The notes: generated by a model from the sequence alone, not told the origin. A stretch of 64,000 bases of DNA from Chloroflexota bacterium (GCA_009391835.1 QWJF01000003.1:16205-80204), one strand, 5' to 3'; shown: positions 52,457 through 61,599, counted from the stretch's first letter. Numbers and translations: made by a program.

Positions 52457-53608
52457 ATGAGTTATACACGAGAAAAACTGGAAGAACTTGAAGATCAGGC
52501 GCTTGCACCCTATGGGATGCGCAGCCGCAACTCAAAGGGGCGCGCCCATCCGGACAAGGAGCCGAATTACCGCACCAGTTATCAGCGGGATCGCGACCGC
52601 ATCCTGCATACCACCGCGTTCCGGCGTCTGGAATACAAAACGCAAGTCTTCATCAATTTTGAAGGGGACTATTTCCGCACCCGTTTAACGCACACGCTGG
52701 AAGTGGCCCAGGTGGGACGCACGATTGCGCGTGCCTTAGGGGCGAATGAAGATCTGATTGAGACAATCTGCCTGGCCCACGATTTAGGGCATGCAGCCTT
52801 CGGCCATTCCGGCGAACGCGTGCTTAACAAGCTCCTCGCAGAGCAGGGTGGCTTCGACCACAATAAGCAATCCTTGCGAATCGTCACCAAATTGGAAGAA
52901 CGCTATCCAAACTTCCCGGGACTCAACCTGACCTGGGAAGTGCTTGAAGGTATCGTAAAACACGAAACACAATACGACATTTCAGATGCATCCGATTACG
53001 ATCCCGAATTGCGCGGAAATCTCGAGGCGCAAATTGCCAACGTAGCCGACGAACTGGCCTACACTACCCATGATCTTGACGATGGTCTGCGATCTGGCAT
53101 GCTGACACCGGACATGCTTTCCGGGCTGCAGATGTGGGACATGCTGGTCAAGAACGTAGGTTGGAGCGGAAGCGCACTCACGGATCTAGACAGACACCGC
53201 CTCATTCGCCGGCTGATCGGTATTCTGGTCAGCGACGTGATAGAAGCCACCTCCGAAAGAATTGAAAAGAGCAAGGCAAACAGCCCATTGGATCTTCAAA
53301 AGCTGGACCATAATGTGATCGGCTACTCAGACAAGATGCAGCCGCTGAACGACGAGATCAAAGCCTTTCTTTATGCAAACCTCTACCAGCATCACCGGGT
53401 GGTGCGAATGGCCTACAAGGCAGAACACGTGTTAAAGAAAATCTTTGTGGCCTATAAAGAAAACCATCGGATGCTTCCCCCTGAGTCTGCTGCGTTGACT
53501 GAAAAACGAGGGCTCGAACGCACGATTGGAGATTATCTGGCTGGAATGACCGACCGCTATGCAATTCAAGAGTATGAGCGCCTTTTCGATCCTAGCGAGA
53601 GAGCTTAA
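52457..53608 (+). CDS. dgt: dGTPase-like deoxyguanosinetriphosphate triphosphohydrolase family protein
   Basis: 383 aa. It has SYQRDRDRILHTTAFRRLEYKTQVF, RLTHTLEV, the HD motif LAHDLGHAAFGH, and a C-terminal DYLAGMTDRYA. Confidence 0.92.
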   Translation: MSYTREKLEELEDQALAPYGMRSRNSKGRAHPDKEPNYRTSYQRDRDRILHTTAFRRLEYKTQVFINFEGDYFRTRLTHTLEVAQVGRTIARALGANEDLIETICLAHDLGHAAFGHSGERVLNKLLAEQGGFDHNKQSLRIVTKLEERYPNFPGLNLTWEVLEGIVKHETQYDISDASDYDPELRGNLEAQIANVADELAYTTHDLDDGLRSGMLTPDMLSGLQMWDMLVKNVGWSGSALTDLDRHRLIRRLIGILVSDVIEATSERIEKSKANSPLDLQKLDHNVIGYSDKMQPLNDEIKAFLYANLYQHHRVVRMAYKAEHVLKKIFVAYKENHRMLPPESAALTEKRGLERTIGDYLAGMTDRYAIQEYERLFDPSERA

Positions 53609-53609
53609 G

Positions 53610-54083
53610 ATGGCAAATCCGAAAGAATATTACTTAACGGCTGAGGGCGCAGAGAAGCTGGGCCTGGAACTTGAGAACCTAAAAGGGCCACAACGAATTG
53701 AACTCGCCAAGCGCCTGCGGACTGCTATTCAACAGGGCGATCTTTCCGAAAACGCGGATTACTCAAAGGCCAAAGAAGACCAGGGTTTTCTTGAAGGCCG
53801 CATCCAGGAAATTGAGGTCATACTGGGCAGTGCAGTGATCATTTCCGACAAAGGTTCCGCGGATGGCCTGATCGCGTTGGGATCAACGATTACTATCAAG
53901 GAAGAAGGGCGCGATCCGATCCAGTATTTCATGGTTGGCGCCAAAGAAGCCGACCCGCGCAACGGAAAAATATCAAATGAATCACCAATCGGGCAGGCGC
54001 TGCTCGGCCACCGTGCTGGGGAAAAGGTGAACGTTACCACCCCGGCTGGCACCATCGCATTTGAGATCAAGGATGTAAAGTAA
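53610..54083 (+). CDS. greA: transcription elongation factor GreA
   Basis: The start is at MANPKEYYLTAEGAEKL, 1 nt after the dgt stop. The coiled-coil tip has DLSENADYSKAKEDQ and the C-terminal globular domain has ISNESPIGQALLGHRAGEKV. Confidence 0.93.
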   Translation: MANPKEYYLTAEGAEKLGLELENLKGPQRIELAKRLRTAIQQGDLSENADYSKAKEDQGFLEGRIQEIEVILGSAVIISDKGSADGLIALGSTITIKEEGRDPIQYFMVGAKEADPRNGKISNESPIGQALLGHRAGEKVNVTTPAGTIAFEIKDVK

Positions 54084-54115
54084 AACCCCGGCAGTATCGG
54101 ACAAGCGCAGAACAT

Positions 54116-54143
54116 AAAAGCGCCCGCAACTGCGGGCGCTTTT
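54116..54143. terminator. bidirectional rho-independent terminator
   Basis: AAAAGCGCCCGC, loop AACT, GCGGGCGCTTTT. It lies between the convergent stops at 54083 (+) and 54162 (-). Confidence 0.85.
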
Positions 54144-54161
54144 GATCACTTTTGTCGAAAT

Positions 54162-55244
54162 TTAGATTTTGGACCAGACGGCCAGTTCGAGCGTGACACG
54201 CTCAAAGAAGCTCTCTTCGGGCAGAGCTCCTTCCCCGTAATCCATATCCACCACTCGCGCCACAAGCTGAAGCGTCTCAGTTTCAAGGACGGTTTCAGCG
54301 CCTGCCGAAGCCAGCAACGGTTCGCCCTTGGCAGAGAGTCGATCGCGGGCCGTATCATCACGGAATGTGTGGCTGCTCATCAAAACTTTGGTGACAGTTT
54401 GAATATCGTTTTTATCGAAAAGCCAAAGTTCAAAGGCACTCACCCGCTTGGGGTCGCCCACGCCAATCGTTTCTGCAATCCCCACTCCGCATTCGCCCAT
54501 GAATTCGCCATTGGGTGAATCAATGCTGAAGGAGTCATCAAAAAGGTCGTCTCCCAGTAGATAGGTAGTCATCCATTGAGATAATGGGGGCGACTCATTG
54601 GTTGTAGCAAAATCGGTTTGCTCTGCGCCACGCGTGTATTCCTGGGCGCGCAGCACGGCGGGTAAGTCGCCCTTGCTGCTCTGGCGTCGCCGTACGTAAT
54701 AAAGCACACCGAGGGCCGCACCAAGAACGGCAGTAATGGAACACATGGTGAGCAACAATGAGCCGGTGCCGAGAAGGGCTCCGTCGTTTGAATCCGAATC
54801 GGAGGGGGTGGCGTCAAATATGTCCGCGCTGGGTTCAGCCGACCCGCGAACTCCCAGCATGTCCTGAAACGCAGCAATCGAATCGTCGTTTTGATCGCCT
54901 GGCACAGCCGCCACGGCGGCTAGAGCGGGTTCTGCGCCTTCGCCGAGGTCATCAAGGCGGCGTTCGGCAGTATTCTCATCCCCGACCAGGGTATACGAAT
55001 CAATTGCCATGCGCATGTAATCTTGCTGGGCTGCCGCGTTCAAATCCTGCGCCGAGGCATCTGTCCATTCAACGGGCCAGAGCCACCAACCCAGCAGCCA
55101 CCAACCGACCAAAACACCTACCGCAAAGGCGGCAGCGGCCAGTGTACGCGGCTCTCGCAAGGCCTCGAGATTGAAGCGACGCACGCTTTTAGGCTGCGGG
55201 CTGCTATCCATGTCCATATTCATGCTCCTCATTGGCAGACTCAA
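54162..55244 (-). CDS. hypothetical two-TM membrane protein (no family recognised)
   Basis: 360 aa.
- TM1: LAAAAFAVGVLVGWWLLGWWLW.
- An acidic segment of about 130 aa between the helices.
- TM2: LLLTMCSITAVLGAALGVLYYV, followed by RRRQ.
- A soluble C-terminal domain of about 170 aa.
Coding potential is supported only by ORF length, codon regularity and operon position downstream of topA. Confidence 0.55.
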   Translation of the reverse strand: MSLPMRSMNMDMDSSPQPKSVRRFNLEALREPRTLAAAAFAVGVLVGWWLLGWWLWPVEWTDASAQDLNAAAQQDYMRMAIDSYTLVGDENTAERRLDDLGEGAEPALAAVAAVPGDQNDDSIAAFQDMLGVRGSAEPSADIFDATPSDSDSNDGALLGTGSLLLTMCSITAVLGAALGVLYYVRRRQSSKGDLPAVLRAQEYTRGAEQTDFATTNESPPLSQWMTTYLLGDDLFDDSFSIDSPNGEFMGECGVGIAETIGVGDPKRVSAFELWLFDKNDIQTVTKVLMSSHTFRDDTARDRLSAKGEPLLASAGAETVLETETLQLVARVVDMDYGEGALPEESFFERVTLELAVWSKI

Positions 55245-55311
55245 GCTGCATTGCGGATTGTAGATGAGGGCGACAAAACGCGCAACTCGGCTGCACTATA
55301 AGGTGCAAGCT

Positions 55312-57639
55312 TCATACCGACTCTTCGATAGCTTCTTCTGTTTCGAAATTCGTAAGTCGATATTGGGTTTCACAATCCAGGCATTGGGCAAAATTCTTAT
55401 TGGCGATCACCAGCGTGCCGGAACAATTGGGGCAGGGGTTGGGCAAAGGTTTCTTCCACGAGGTAAATTCACACTCGGGATAGTTAGCGCAGCCATAGAA
55501 TGTGCGGCCTTTGCGGGTGCGGCGCTCCACAAGATCTCCGCCATCCAGCGGACAGGTAACGCCAATCTTTTCCAGCCAGGGCTCCGTATGGCGGCAATCC
55601 GGAAAATTCGCGCAGCCGATAAACTTGCCATAGCGCCCCCATTTGATCAGCAACTGTCCCTCTTCGCAGGTAGGGCAGATACGCCCGATATATTCCGGCT
55701 CCGACTTAGTTTCCGGCATTTCTACCTTGGCACGCTCCACTTCCTCTGAAAAGGGAGTGTAGAATTCGCGCACCACATCCACCCATTCCTCTTCACCCGA
55801 GGCGATCTTATCCAAATCGGCTTCCATCTCAGCGGTAAAGTTGATATCCACAATGCCGGGGAAATGCTCAACAAGCAAATCATTGACCAGCATGGCCGTC
55901 TCGGTGGGGAAAAGTCGGCGGCCTTCACGATAGACATAGCCACGCTGTTGCAATGTGTTGATTGTCGGGGCATACGTGGAAGGGCGGCCAATGCCATATT
56001 CTTCCAGGCTTTTCACTAATGTGGCTTCGCTGAATCGCGGCGGAGGCTGCGTGAAATGCTGCTCTGGCAGAAGCTGGAGTAATTCCTGGCGTTGGCCTTC
56101 TTCCAGAGTGTCCGGGATAGCCGCATTCTTCTCGTCGTCTTCTCCGCTCTCTTGCTCGGATTCCGTATAAACCACAAGATACCCTGGGAATTTGAGAACT
56201 GATCCGGAGGCTCGCAAACCGTAAAGGTGTGCCTGACCCTGGGCGTTGACCCGTACTGAAACGGTATCGTAGAGCGCAGGCAGCATCTGGGATGCCACGA
56301 AGCGCTGCCAAATCAATTGGTACAAGCGATACTGATCGCGGCTGAGATGTTCCTTGAGCTGTTTCGGAGTCCGACGCACAGACGTGGGGCGCACAGCTTC
56401 GTGGGCTTCCTGCGCAGCTTTGGCGCGCGCGCTGTAAACAGGGGGCTCCTCTGGCAAAAAGGATTGGCCGTGAACTTCTTTTACGTAATCACGGACTTCC
56501 TGCTGCGCCAAAGATGAAACGTTGGTGGAATCGGTACGCATATAAGTGATTAGACCCATGCTCTCCCCTTCGCCGAGGTCAATGCCTTCATATAATTGCT
56601 GCGCCACGGACATAGCTTTGCGGGCCGTAAAATTCAACTTGCGCGAAGACTCCTGCTGCATGGTGCTCGTGGTAAAAGGGGCGCGCGGTTTGCGGCGGCG
56701 TTGGCCGCGTTTGATCTCGTCGATAACATAGGCAGCGGATTGCAAGTCTTCGACCAACGGCAACACCACGCTCTCACTACCAAGCTCTGGCTGTTCGCCA
56801 TCCACTTCGGCCAGCTTCGCCACGAAGGTGCCTTCTCCCCTCTCTGGTTTCAGTTCAGCTTCAATGGACCAATATTCTTCCGGCATGAAATCATCAATTT
56901 CGCGCTCGCGTTCAACAACCAAGCGCATTGCGACGGATTGAACTCGGCCGGCTGAAAGCCGATTACGCACCTTGTCCCAGAGGATGGGGCTGAGGGTGTA
57001 GCCCACTAGCCGATCCAGAATACGGCGCGCCTGTTGAGCATCCACGAGATCCATATTGATCTCGCGCGGATGGGAAAAAGCCTCTTCAATCGCCGGTTTG
57101 GTGATCTCATGGAACACAACCCGGCGGGTCAGTGCGGGGTCAATCTCGGCAGCTTCAATCAGGTGCCAGGCGATCGCCTCGCCTTCGCGATCGGGGTCAG
57201 TCGCGAGATAAATTTGCTCAGCCTTTAGTGCCTGCTTCTTGAGTTCCTTGACCACTAAGCGCTTTTCGTTCGGCACGCGGTATTTAGGCGCAAAGCCATC
57301 CTCCACATCTACCGACAGTTGGGAACGCAGCAAATCGCGAACATGCCCAACAGACGCTTCCACCGTGTAGCCATCTCCCAGGTAACGTCCGACCGTTCGG
57401 GCCTTCGCAGGTGATTCCACGATAACGAGCTTGCCTGAGCGAACCACATCTTTCTTCTTACGCGCCGGGCGCTCTGGGGGCACCATGCCATCATGCGCGG
57501 GAGTGTTTCCCATCCGGAACATGGTTGTGCCGCAGACCGGGCAAGTGCCACGCGTGCCTGGGGTACCCGTAGACGTGAATTCCGCCTGAGGCTCCAACAT
57601 CTCGCGCTTCGTTTTACATTTCACACAATAAGCTTCCAA
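55312..57639 (-). CDS. topA: DNA topoisomerase I with an extra N-terminal zinc ribbon
   Basis: 775 aa. It has the Toprim LVIVESPAKARTVGRYLG, the active-site region ITYMRTDS, and three C-terminal Cys4 fingers (CPTCEEG...CANFPDC; CPLDGG...CANYPEC; CPNCSG...CLDC). Residues 1-45, MEAYCVKCKTKREM...GTCPVCGTTMFRMG, form an additional CxxC...CxxC ribbon. Confidence 0.95.
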   Translation of the reverse strand: MEAYCVKCKTKREMLEPQAEFTSTGTPGTRGTCPVCGTTMFRMGNTPAHDGMVPPERPARKKKDVVRSGKLVIVESPAKARTVGRYLGDGYTVEASVGHVRDLLRSQLSVDVEDGFAPKYRVPNEKRLVVKELKKQALKAEQIYLATDPDREGEAIAWHLIEAAEIDPALTRRVVFHEITKPAIEEAFSHPREINMDLVDAQQARRILDRLVGYTLSPILWDKVRNRLSAGRVQSVAMRLVVEREREIDDFMPEEYWSIEAELKPERGEGTFVAKLAEVDGEQPELGSESVVLPLVEDLQSAAYVIDEIKRGQRRRKPRAPFTTSTMQQESSRKLNFTARKAMSVAQQLYEGIDLGEGESMGLITYMRTDSTNVSSLAQQEVRDYVKEVHGQSFLPEEPPVYSARAKAAQEAHEAVRPTSVRRTPKQLKEHLSRDQYRLYQLIWQRFVASQMLPALYDTVSVRVNAQGQAHLYGLRASGSVLKFPGYLVVYTESEQESGEDDEKNAAIPDTLEEGQRQELLQLLPEQHFTQPPPRFSEATLVKSLEEYGIGRPSTYAPTINTLQQRGYVYREGRRLFPTETAMLVNDLLVEHFPGIVDINFTAEMEADLDKIASGEEEWVDVVREFYTPFSEEVERAKVEMPETKSEPEYIGRICPTCEEGQLLIKWGRYGKFIGCANFPDCRHTEPWLEKIGVTCPLDGGDLVERRTRKGRTFYGCANYPECEFTSWKKPLPNPCPNCSGTLVIANKNFAQCLDCETQYRLTNFETEEAIEESV

Positions 57640-57663
57640 AATTAAGCCTCCAACAATCCCTTG

Positions 57664-58767
57664 CTACAAATACTCATTCATATTATTTCGTTTTAACTGC
57701 TCAATTACCTGGCGCACTTCCTGAGCACGCGCTTTGGAGCAAATCAGTAACACATCGCCAGTATCTACAACCACAAGATCTTCCACGCCAATGGTGACCA
57801 CCAACCGCTCCTTGTCATTCCGATGTTCAGTGGCATGGATCAACGAATTATGTGAGTCAAAGTCCAAATGCTTATCGGCCAGCACAACATTGCCCTTTGC
57901 ATCCGGGGCAAGCACGTCAAAAAGTGAATTCCAACTGCCCACATCGTTCCAGCCCATATTCTTAACGGGGATAACAGCCAACTGTTGCGCGTGTTCCATG
58001 ATCCCGTAGTCAATGGTCTGGTTAGAGATAGCGGCCCAATGCCGAGCCAGGGTCTTATCCTGTGTCGGGCCATCTCCCTCTTCTTCCACAGCCACCAATG
58101 CACGATGCAATTCCGGCATCTGGCGTTCAAATTCGGCGCGGATCCGGGAAACCTGCCAAACGAACATGCCTGAATTCCAGGAATGTCCGCCGGTCGAGAG
58201 CATGGCTTCGGCCTCGCTTGCATCCGGCTTTTCTTTGAAACGCTTGACTTCAAAGGCCTCAAGGGGCTCCAAATCCGATAATGCCGCGCCCTGCTGGATG
58301 TAGCCATACTGGGTAGCCGCAAAAGTGGGGTCAATGCCCAATGTCACTAGATAGCCTTGCAAAGCAATTTCTTTCGCCTCTTGCAAATACTTAATAAATT
58401 GATCCGTCTCACTGATGTAATGGTCGGCCGTCAAAACGGCCATCACAGCATGTGGATCACGCTGATGCAGATGCAGAGCCGCCAGGGCAATGGCAGGCGC
58501 CGTACCACGCGGCTCAGGTTCGAGCAGGAAGTTGGCTACATTGAGCTCCTCACATTGTTGGCGCAGTTCTTCGCTTTGCGCCTGGTTGGTGACGACCAAA
58601 ATGCGTTCCGGCGGAAAAAGAGCGCTCAAACGGCGAACGGCCATTTGAAACAGCGTAGATTCGTCAATCAGCGAGAGCATCTGCTTGGGTTTGGCCTGGC
58701 GCGACAATGGCCAAAGCCGGGTGCCGCCGCCGCCAGCCATGATGACTGCATAGTAATTTTCGTTCAT
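57664..58767 (-). CDS. manC: mannose-1-phosphate guanylyltransferase
   Basis: 367 aa. The N-terminal nucleotidyltransferase motif is AVIMAGGGGTRLWPLSR. It also has FKEKPD, WNSGMFVW and IDYGIME blocks. There is no C-terminal cupin isomerase domain. Confidence 0.88.
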   Translation of the reverse strand: MNENYYAVIMAGGGGTRLWPLSRQAKPKQMLSLIDESTLFQMAVRRLSALFPPERILVVTNQAQSEELRQQCEELNVANFLLEPEPRGTAPAIALAALHLHQRDPHAVMAVLTADHYISETDQFIKYLQEAKEIALQGYLVTLGIDPTFAATQYGYIQQGAALSDLEPLEAFEVKRFKEKPDASEAEAMLSTGGHSWNSGMFVWQVSRIRAEFERQMPELHRALVAVEEEGDGPTQDKTLARHWAAISNQTIDYGIMEHAQQLAVIPVKNMGWNDVGSWNSLFDVLAPDAKGNVVLADKHLDFDSHNSLIHATEHRNDKERLVVTIGVEDLVVVDTGDVLLICSKARAQEVRQVIEQLKRNNMNEYL

Positions 58768-58780
58768 TCTTTAGACCAGT

Positions 58781-59902
58781 CTACCCTTCAGTGCCTGCGT
58801 GATAGGCAGCGTTTGCTTCGCGCACAGCTACATAATTCATGCCCCCAACCAGACGAACCATACCTTTGAGTTCCATCAAAGCCAGCGTAGAGGATACCTG
58901 CTCAATCGGCAAATCAGTTTCAGCACGAATTTCGTCCACATGCAGCGGTTCACGACCGAGAACTTCGAAGAGTTTGGCTTCCGTAGCATCGGCCGGAAGC
59001 ACGACCCGGGCTGATTTGTGGTGGGTCATGTATTCCAAATCGAGGGTTTGCAAAAGCTGCTCAAAATCCAGGAGCGGATAAGCACCATCTCGGATTAATT
59101 GGTTGGTGCCCTTGCTCTGCACGGCGTGGATGGGGCCGGGAACTGCAAACACATCGCGCCCTTGCTCGGCCGCAAATTCAGCCGTTATCTTTGCGCCGCT
59201 CTTTTTGCCCGCCTCAATCACCACCACAGCGATCGAGAGCCCGGAAATGATGCGATTACGCGGCGGAAAGTTGGCGCTTTCAGGCGGGACGCCAATGGCA
59301 TAATCGCTAATCAATGCACCCTGGTCGAGCATCTTTTGCGCGAGACCACGATGCTCCGCCGGATAGATACGATCCAGGCCGTGGGCCAGGACGGCGATCG
59401 AACGACCACCAGCATCAAGAGCCGCGCGCTGCACTGTGGCATCCACTCCGCGCGCCAATCCGCTCACAACTGTAATGCCCTGCTGGGCGAGAAAGATGCC
59501 CAGTTCCTCCGAAATCTGACGTCCATACTTCGTAATACTGCGAGTACCGACCACTGCAACTGCCCATTCGTCTTCGGGTGCAATCTGGCCCCGCAGATAA
59601 ATGACTGGAGGAGATTGGCCAATATCCTTCAGGCGACGGGGGTACTCCGCATCTTCCCACGTGAGGACGCGCACATCATGCGCCTTTAGCTCATCTTGTA
59701 ATCGTTTAAATTCCAAGGTCTTACGAAGTCGGATGAGGCCCTCAATTTGATCCGCGGGTAATCCAACGGCGCGCAATTGAGTAGGGCTAGCCTTCCAGGC
59801 CTTCGCGACATCGCCAAATGCATCCAGCAAAATCTTAAAGCGAACCGGACCGATTCCCGGCACCTTGCTCAACGCAATCCAATACAAATGTTGTTCGTTC
59901 AT
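58781..59902 (-). CDS. dprA: DNA-processing protein DprA
   Basis: 373 aa. It has an N-terminal SAM/HhH-like LSKVPGIGPVRFKILL, a Rossmann-like core VVSGLARGVDATVQRAAL...VVIEAGKKSGAKITA, and a C-terminal winged helix. Confidence 0.9.
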   Translation of the reverse strand: MNEQHLYWIALSKVPGIGPVRFKILLDAFGDVAKAWKASPTQLRAVGLPADQIEGLIRLRKTLEFKRLQDELKAHDVRVLTWEDAEYPRRLKDIGQSPPVIYLRGQIAPEDEWAVAVVGTRSITKYGRQISEELGIFLAQQGITVVSGLARGVDATVQRAALDAGGRSIAVLAHGLDRIYPAEHRGLAQKMLDQGALISDYAIGVPPESANFPPRNRIISGLSIAVVVIEAGKKSGAKITAEFAAEQGRDVFAVPGPIHAVQSKGTNQLIRDGAYPLLDFEQLLQTLDLEYMTHHKSARVVLPADATEAKLFEVLGREPLHVDEIRAETDLPIEQVSSTLALMELKGMVRLVGGMNYVAVREANAAYHAGTEG

Positions 59903-59981
59903 CAGCAGCCCCCTAAGCCCTCATAACGCAAAAAGAGGGCACAGAATACCATAGCAGTTTTTTGGCTGTCAAGGAGTCAGT

Positions 59982-60551
59982 TTATTCGGTCAAACCGGGC
60001 AAGAGATGGGCCTCAAGCCGCTTTTTCTCAAGATCAATGCCCAAAATCACTTCTGAGGTAGCGGGCAACAAAACTTCATTGCCCACTTCTGAGCGAACCA
60101 CATAGACATCGTTCGCGCCGGTTTCGATAATTTCAGAGAGTTTACCCAGCAATTGGCCCTCAGCCCAAACATCGAGGCCGATCAGTTGATGATGATAATA
60201 CTCCTGGTTATCGAGTTTGGGCAGGTCTTCGATACGAATATAGAGCACCTGATTCCGGAACGCATCCAGTTGCTCGCGCGCAGAATATTGTTCAAAAGCA
60301 ATAAGCAAGCCATCATTATGATGGCGCCGGCTTCGGATCGTTACCGGAAGATACTCTTCACCCAGAAGGATCTCTGCCCCGGGCTGAAGGCGTTCAGGGA
60401 AATCGCTAAGGATGTGCACGAGCACTTCACCGCGCAAACCATGTGGTCTGCGTACTTTGCCCACTGCTAGAAAGACAGGCTCGCTATCGTTCAGCGAGCC
60501 TGTTGTTTGATCTCTTCGTCGGGCGGCAATGCGTTGCCGGTTTGTGCTCAC
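59982..60551 (-). CDS. rimM: 16S rRNA processing protein RimM
   Basis: 189 aa. It has VGKVRRPHGLRGEV (N-terminal barrel) and a PRC-barrel C-domain. It is in the conserved rpsP-KH-rimM order. Confidence 0.9.
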   Translation of the reverse strand: MSTNRQRIAARRRDQTTGSLNDSEPVFLAVGKVRRPHGLRGEVLVHILSDFPERLQPGAEILLGEEYLPVTIRSRRHHNDGLLIAFEQYSAREQLDAFRNQVLYIRIEDLPKLDNQEYYHHQLIGLDVWAEGQLLGKLSEIIETGANDVYVVRSEVGNEVLLPATSEVILGIDLEKKRLEAHLLPGLTE

Positions 60552-60784
60552 TCGGGTTCCGAAATATTCAAAAAGGCGCGCTGATCATCCCGGGCCGCAG
60601 CTACCTGCACCAAGACCCGCATAGCATTGGCCACGCGGCCCTGGCGGCCGATCACGCGGCCCATATCCTCTTTGGCTACCTGAAGCGAAAAATCGGTCCT
60701 GGAGCCGTTTTGGCGTTCCTGCACGTCAACCTGAGTGGGGTCATCCACCAGGGAGCGTGCAATGTACTCAATGAGTGCTTTCAT
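60548..60784 (-). CDS. khpA: KH-domain RNA-binding protein (YlqC/KhpA family)
   Basis: 78 aa. It has a GxxG KH loop (MGRVIGRQGRVANAMR) and a 4-nt overlap with rimM. Confidence 0.85.
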   Translation of the reverse strand: MKALIEYIARSLVDDPTQVDVQERQNGSRTDFSLQVAKEDMGRVIGRQGRVANAMRVLVQVAAARDDQRAFLNISEPE

Positions 60785-60802
60785 CGATGAGAATTCGCTA
60801 GA

Positions 60803-61525
60803 CTACTCGTCTGCTTCTTGATCGCCGCTATCGTCTTTGGCTTCTTCAGCCTCAGGCGCTTCTGTAGCCTCAGGCTCTTCCGCGGATTCGGTATCGGCCG
60901 GAGCAGCTTCTTCCGCTTCCTCGGTCTCTTTGGCTTCTTCAGCAGCCTCGGGCTCTTCGGCGGATTCAGTATTGGCAGGAGCAGCCTCTTCTGCTGATCC
61001 TTCCTGAACCGTGTCTTCAGCCTCCGGGGCCTCTTCAGCGGGTTGTTCTGTCTTGGGCTCGTCCTTCATTTCGGGCTGCGCCTCAGTTACTGGCTCAAGC
61101 GCAACGTCCGCCTGCTCTTCAGCCTTGGGGGGTTCTGCCTGAGCAGCTTCTTCTTTCTTCTTGCCAGGTTTGCCCACCGGCGGCTCGTGGCGCGTTTTAA
61201 CACTGATATTCCGCGCCAGCTCAGCAGCGCCAGCTTCTTCCATCAGCTTTTCAATCTTTTCACCGGCTTTGAAACGTTCGTAGCGCTCGGCCAGGCCGGC
61301 GGTCTGGAAAATTTGCGCCGCAGAATCGCTGGGTTGCGCGCCGTTACCAATCCATTGGTAGATACGATCTTCTTTTAGCCGAATCGTGGATGGCTCTGTG
61401 CGCGGATTATAGAAGCCTAAAATTTCAATAAAGCGCCCGTCTCGCGGGCTTTCTTTGTCTGCCGCAACAATACGGAAACTGGGCTGGTTTTTTCCGCCCA
61501 TACGACGAAGTCGAATACGAACCAT
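60803..61525 (-). CDS. rpsP: 30S ribosomal protein S16 with a roughly 150-aa acidic repetitive C-terminal extension
   Basis: I chose the start at MVRIRLRRMGGKNQPSFRIVAADKESPRDGRFIEILGFYNP (ATG 61525, GAGGAG SD upstream). The ORF track runs on to 61921, but that stretch is non-S16 sequence overlapping the divergent degV. The tail is E/A/P/T-rich. Confidence 0.92.
   Translation of the reverse strand: MVRIRLRRMGGKNQPSFRIVAADKESPRDGRFIEILGFYNPRTEPSTIRLKEDRIYQWIGNGAQPSDSAAQIFQTAGLAERYERFKAGEKIEKLMEEAGAAELARNISVKTRHEPPVGKPGKKKEEAAQAEPPKAEEQADVALEPVTEAQPEMKDEPKTEQPAEEAPEAEDTVQEGSAEEAAPANTESAEEPEAAEEAKETEEAEEAAPADTESAEEPEATEAPEAEEAKDDSGDQEADE
60836..60990 (-). repeat. imperfect tandem duplication inside the S16 tail coding region
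   Basis: On the plus strand, TTTGGCTTCTTCAGC...GCCTCAGGCTCTTCCGCGGATTCGGTATCGGCCGGAGCAGCTTCTTC starts at 60836. It recurs from 60929 as TTTGGCTTCTTCAGCAGCCTCGGGCTCTTCGGCGGATTCAGTATTGGCAGGAGCAGCCTCTTC, a 93-bp offset. At protein level the copies are EEAAPANTESAEEPEAAEEAKE and EEAAPADTESAEEPEATEAPEAEEAKD. Confidence 0.8.
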
Positions 61526-61573
61526 ATAATTCTTCGCTCCTCTAAAGCAGGATATATACTGTATTATACTTGG

Positions 61574-61599
61574 CTGGTAGGGATAAGAATCCCTACCAG
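61574..61599. promoter_or_regulatory. perfect 11-bp-arm palindrome (operator-like) over the -35/spacer of the putative rpsP promoter
   Basis: CTGGTAGGGAT, AAGA, ATCCCTACCAG. The rpsP -10 (TATAAT on the minus strand) is at 61563-61568. A related element, CTGGTAGTTGGATTTTATCCCT, occurs at 61667-61688. Confidence 0.5.

Noticed and set aside
52457-53608. The dGTPase-like gene as an anti-phage dNTP-depletion defence gene.
   Set aside because: It sits in a housekeeping context: it is translationally adjacent to greA and has its own sigma-70-like promoter. There are no neighbouring defence, mobile or integrase genes. The sequence looks like the ordinary Dgt-like family.
60836-60990. The repeat array in the 60.8-61.0 kb region as a CRISPR or other non-coding tandem repeat.
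   Set aside because: There are only two imperfect copies with no spacer-repeat regularity. They lie in frame inside the S16 tail ORF, so this is a coding duplication.
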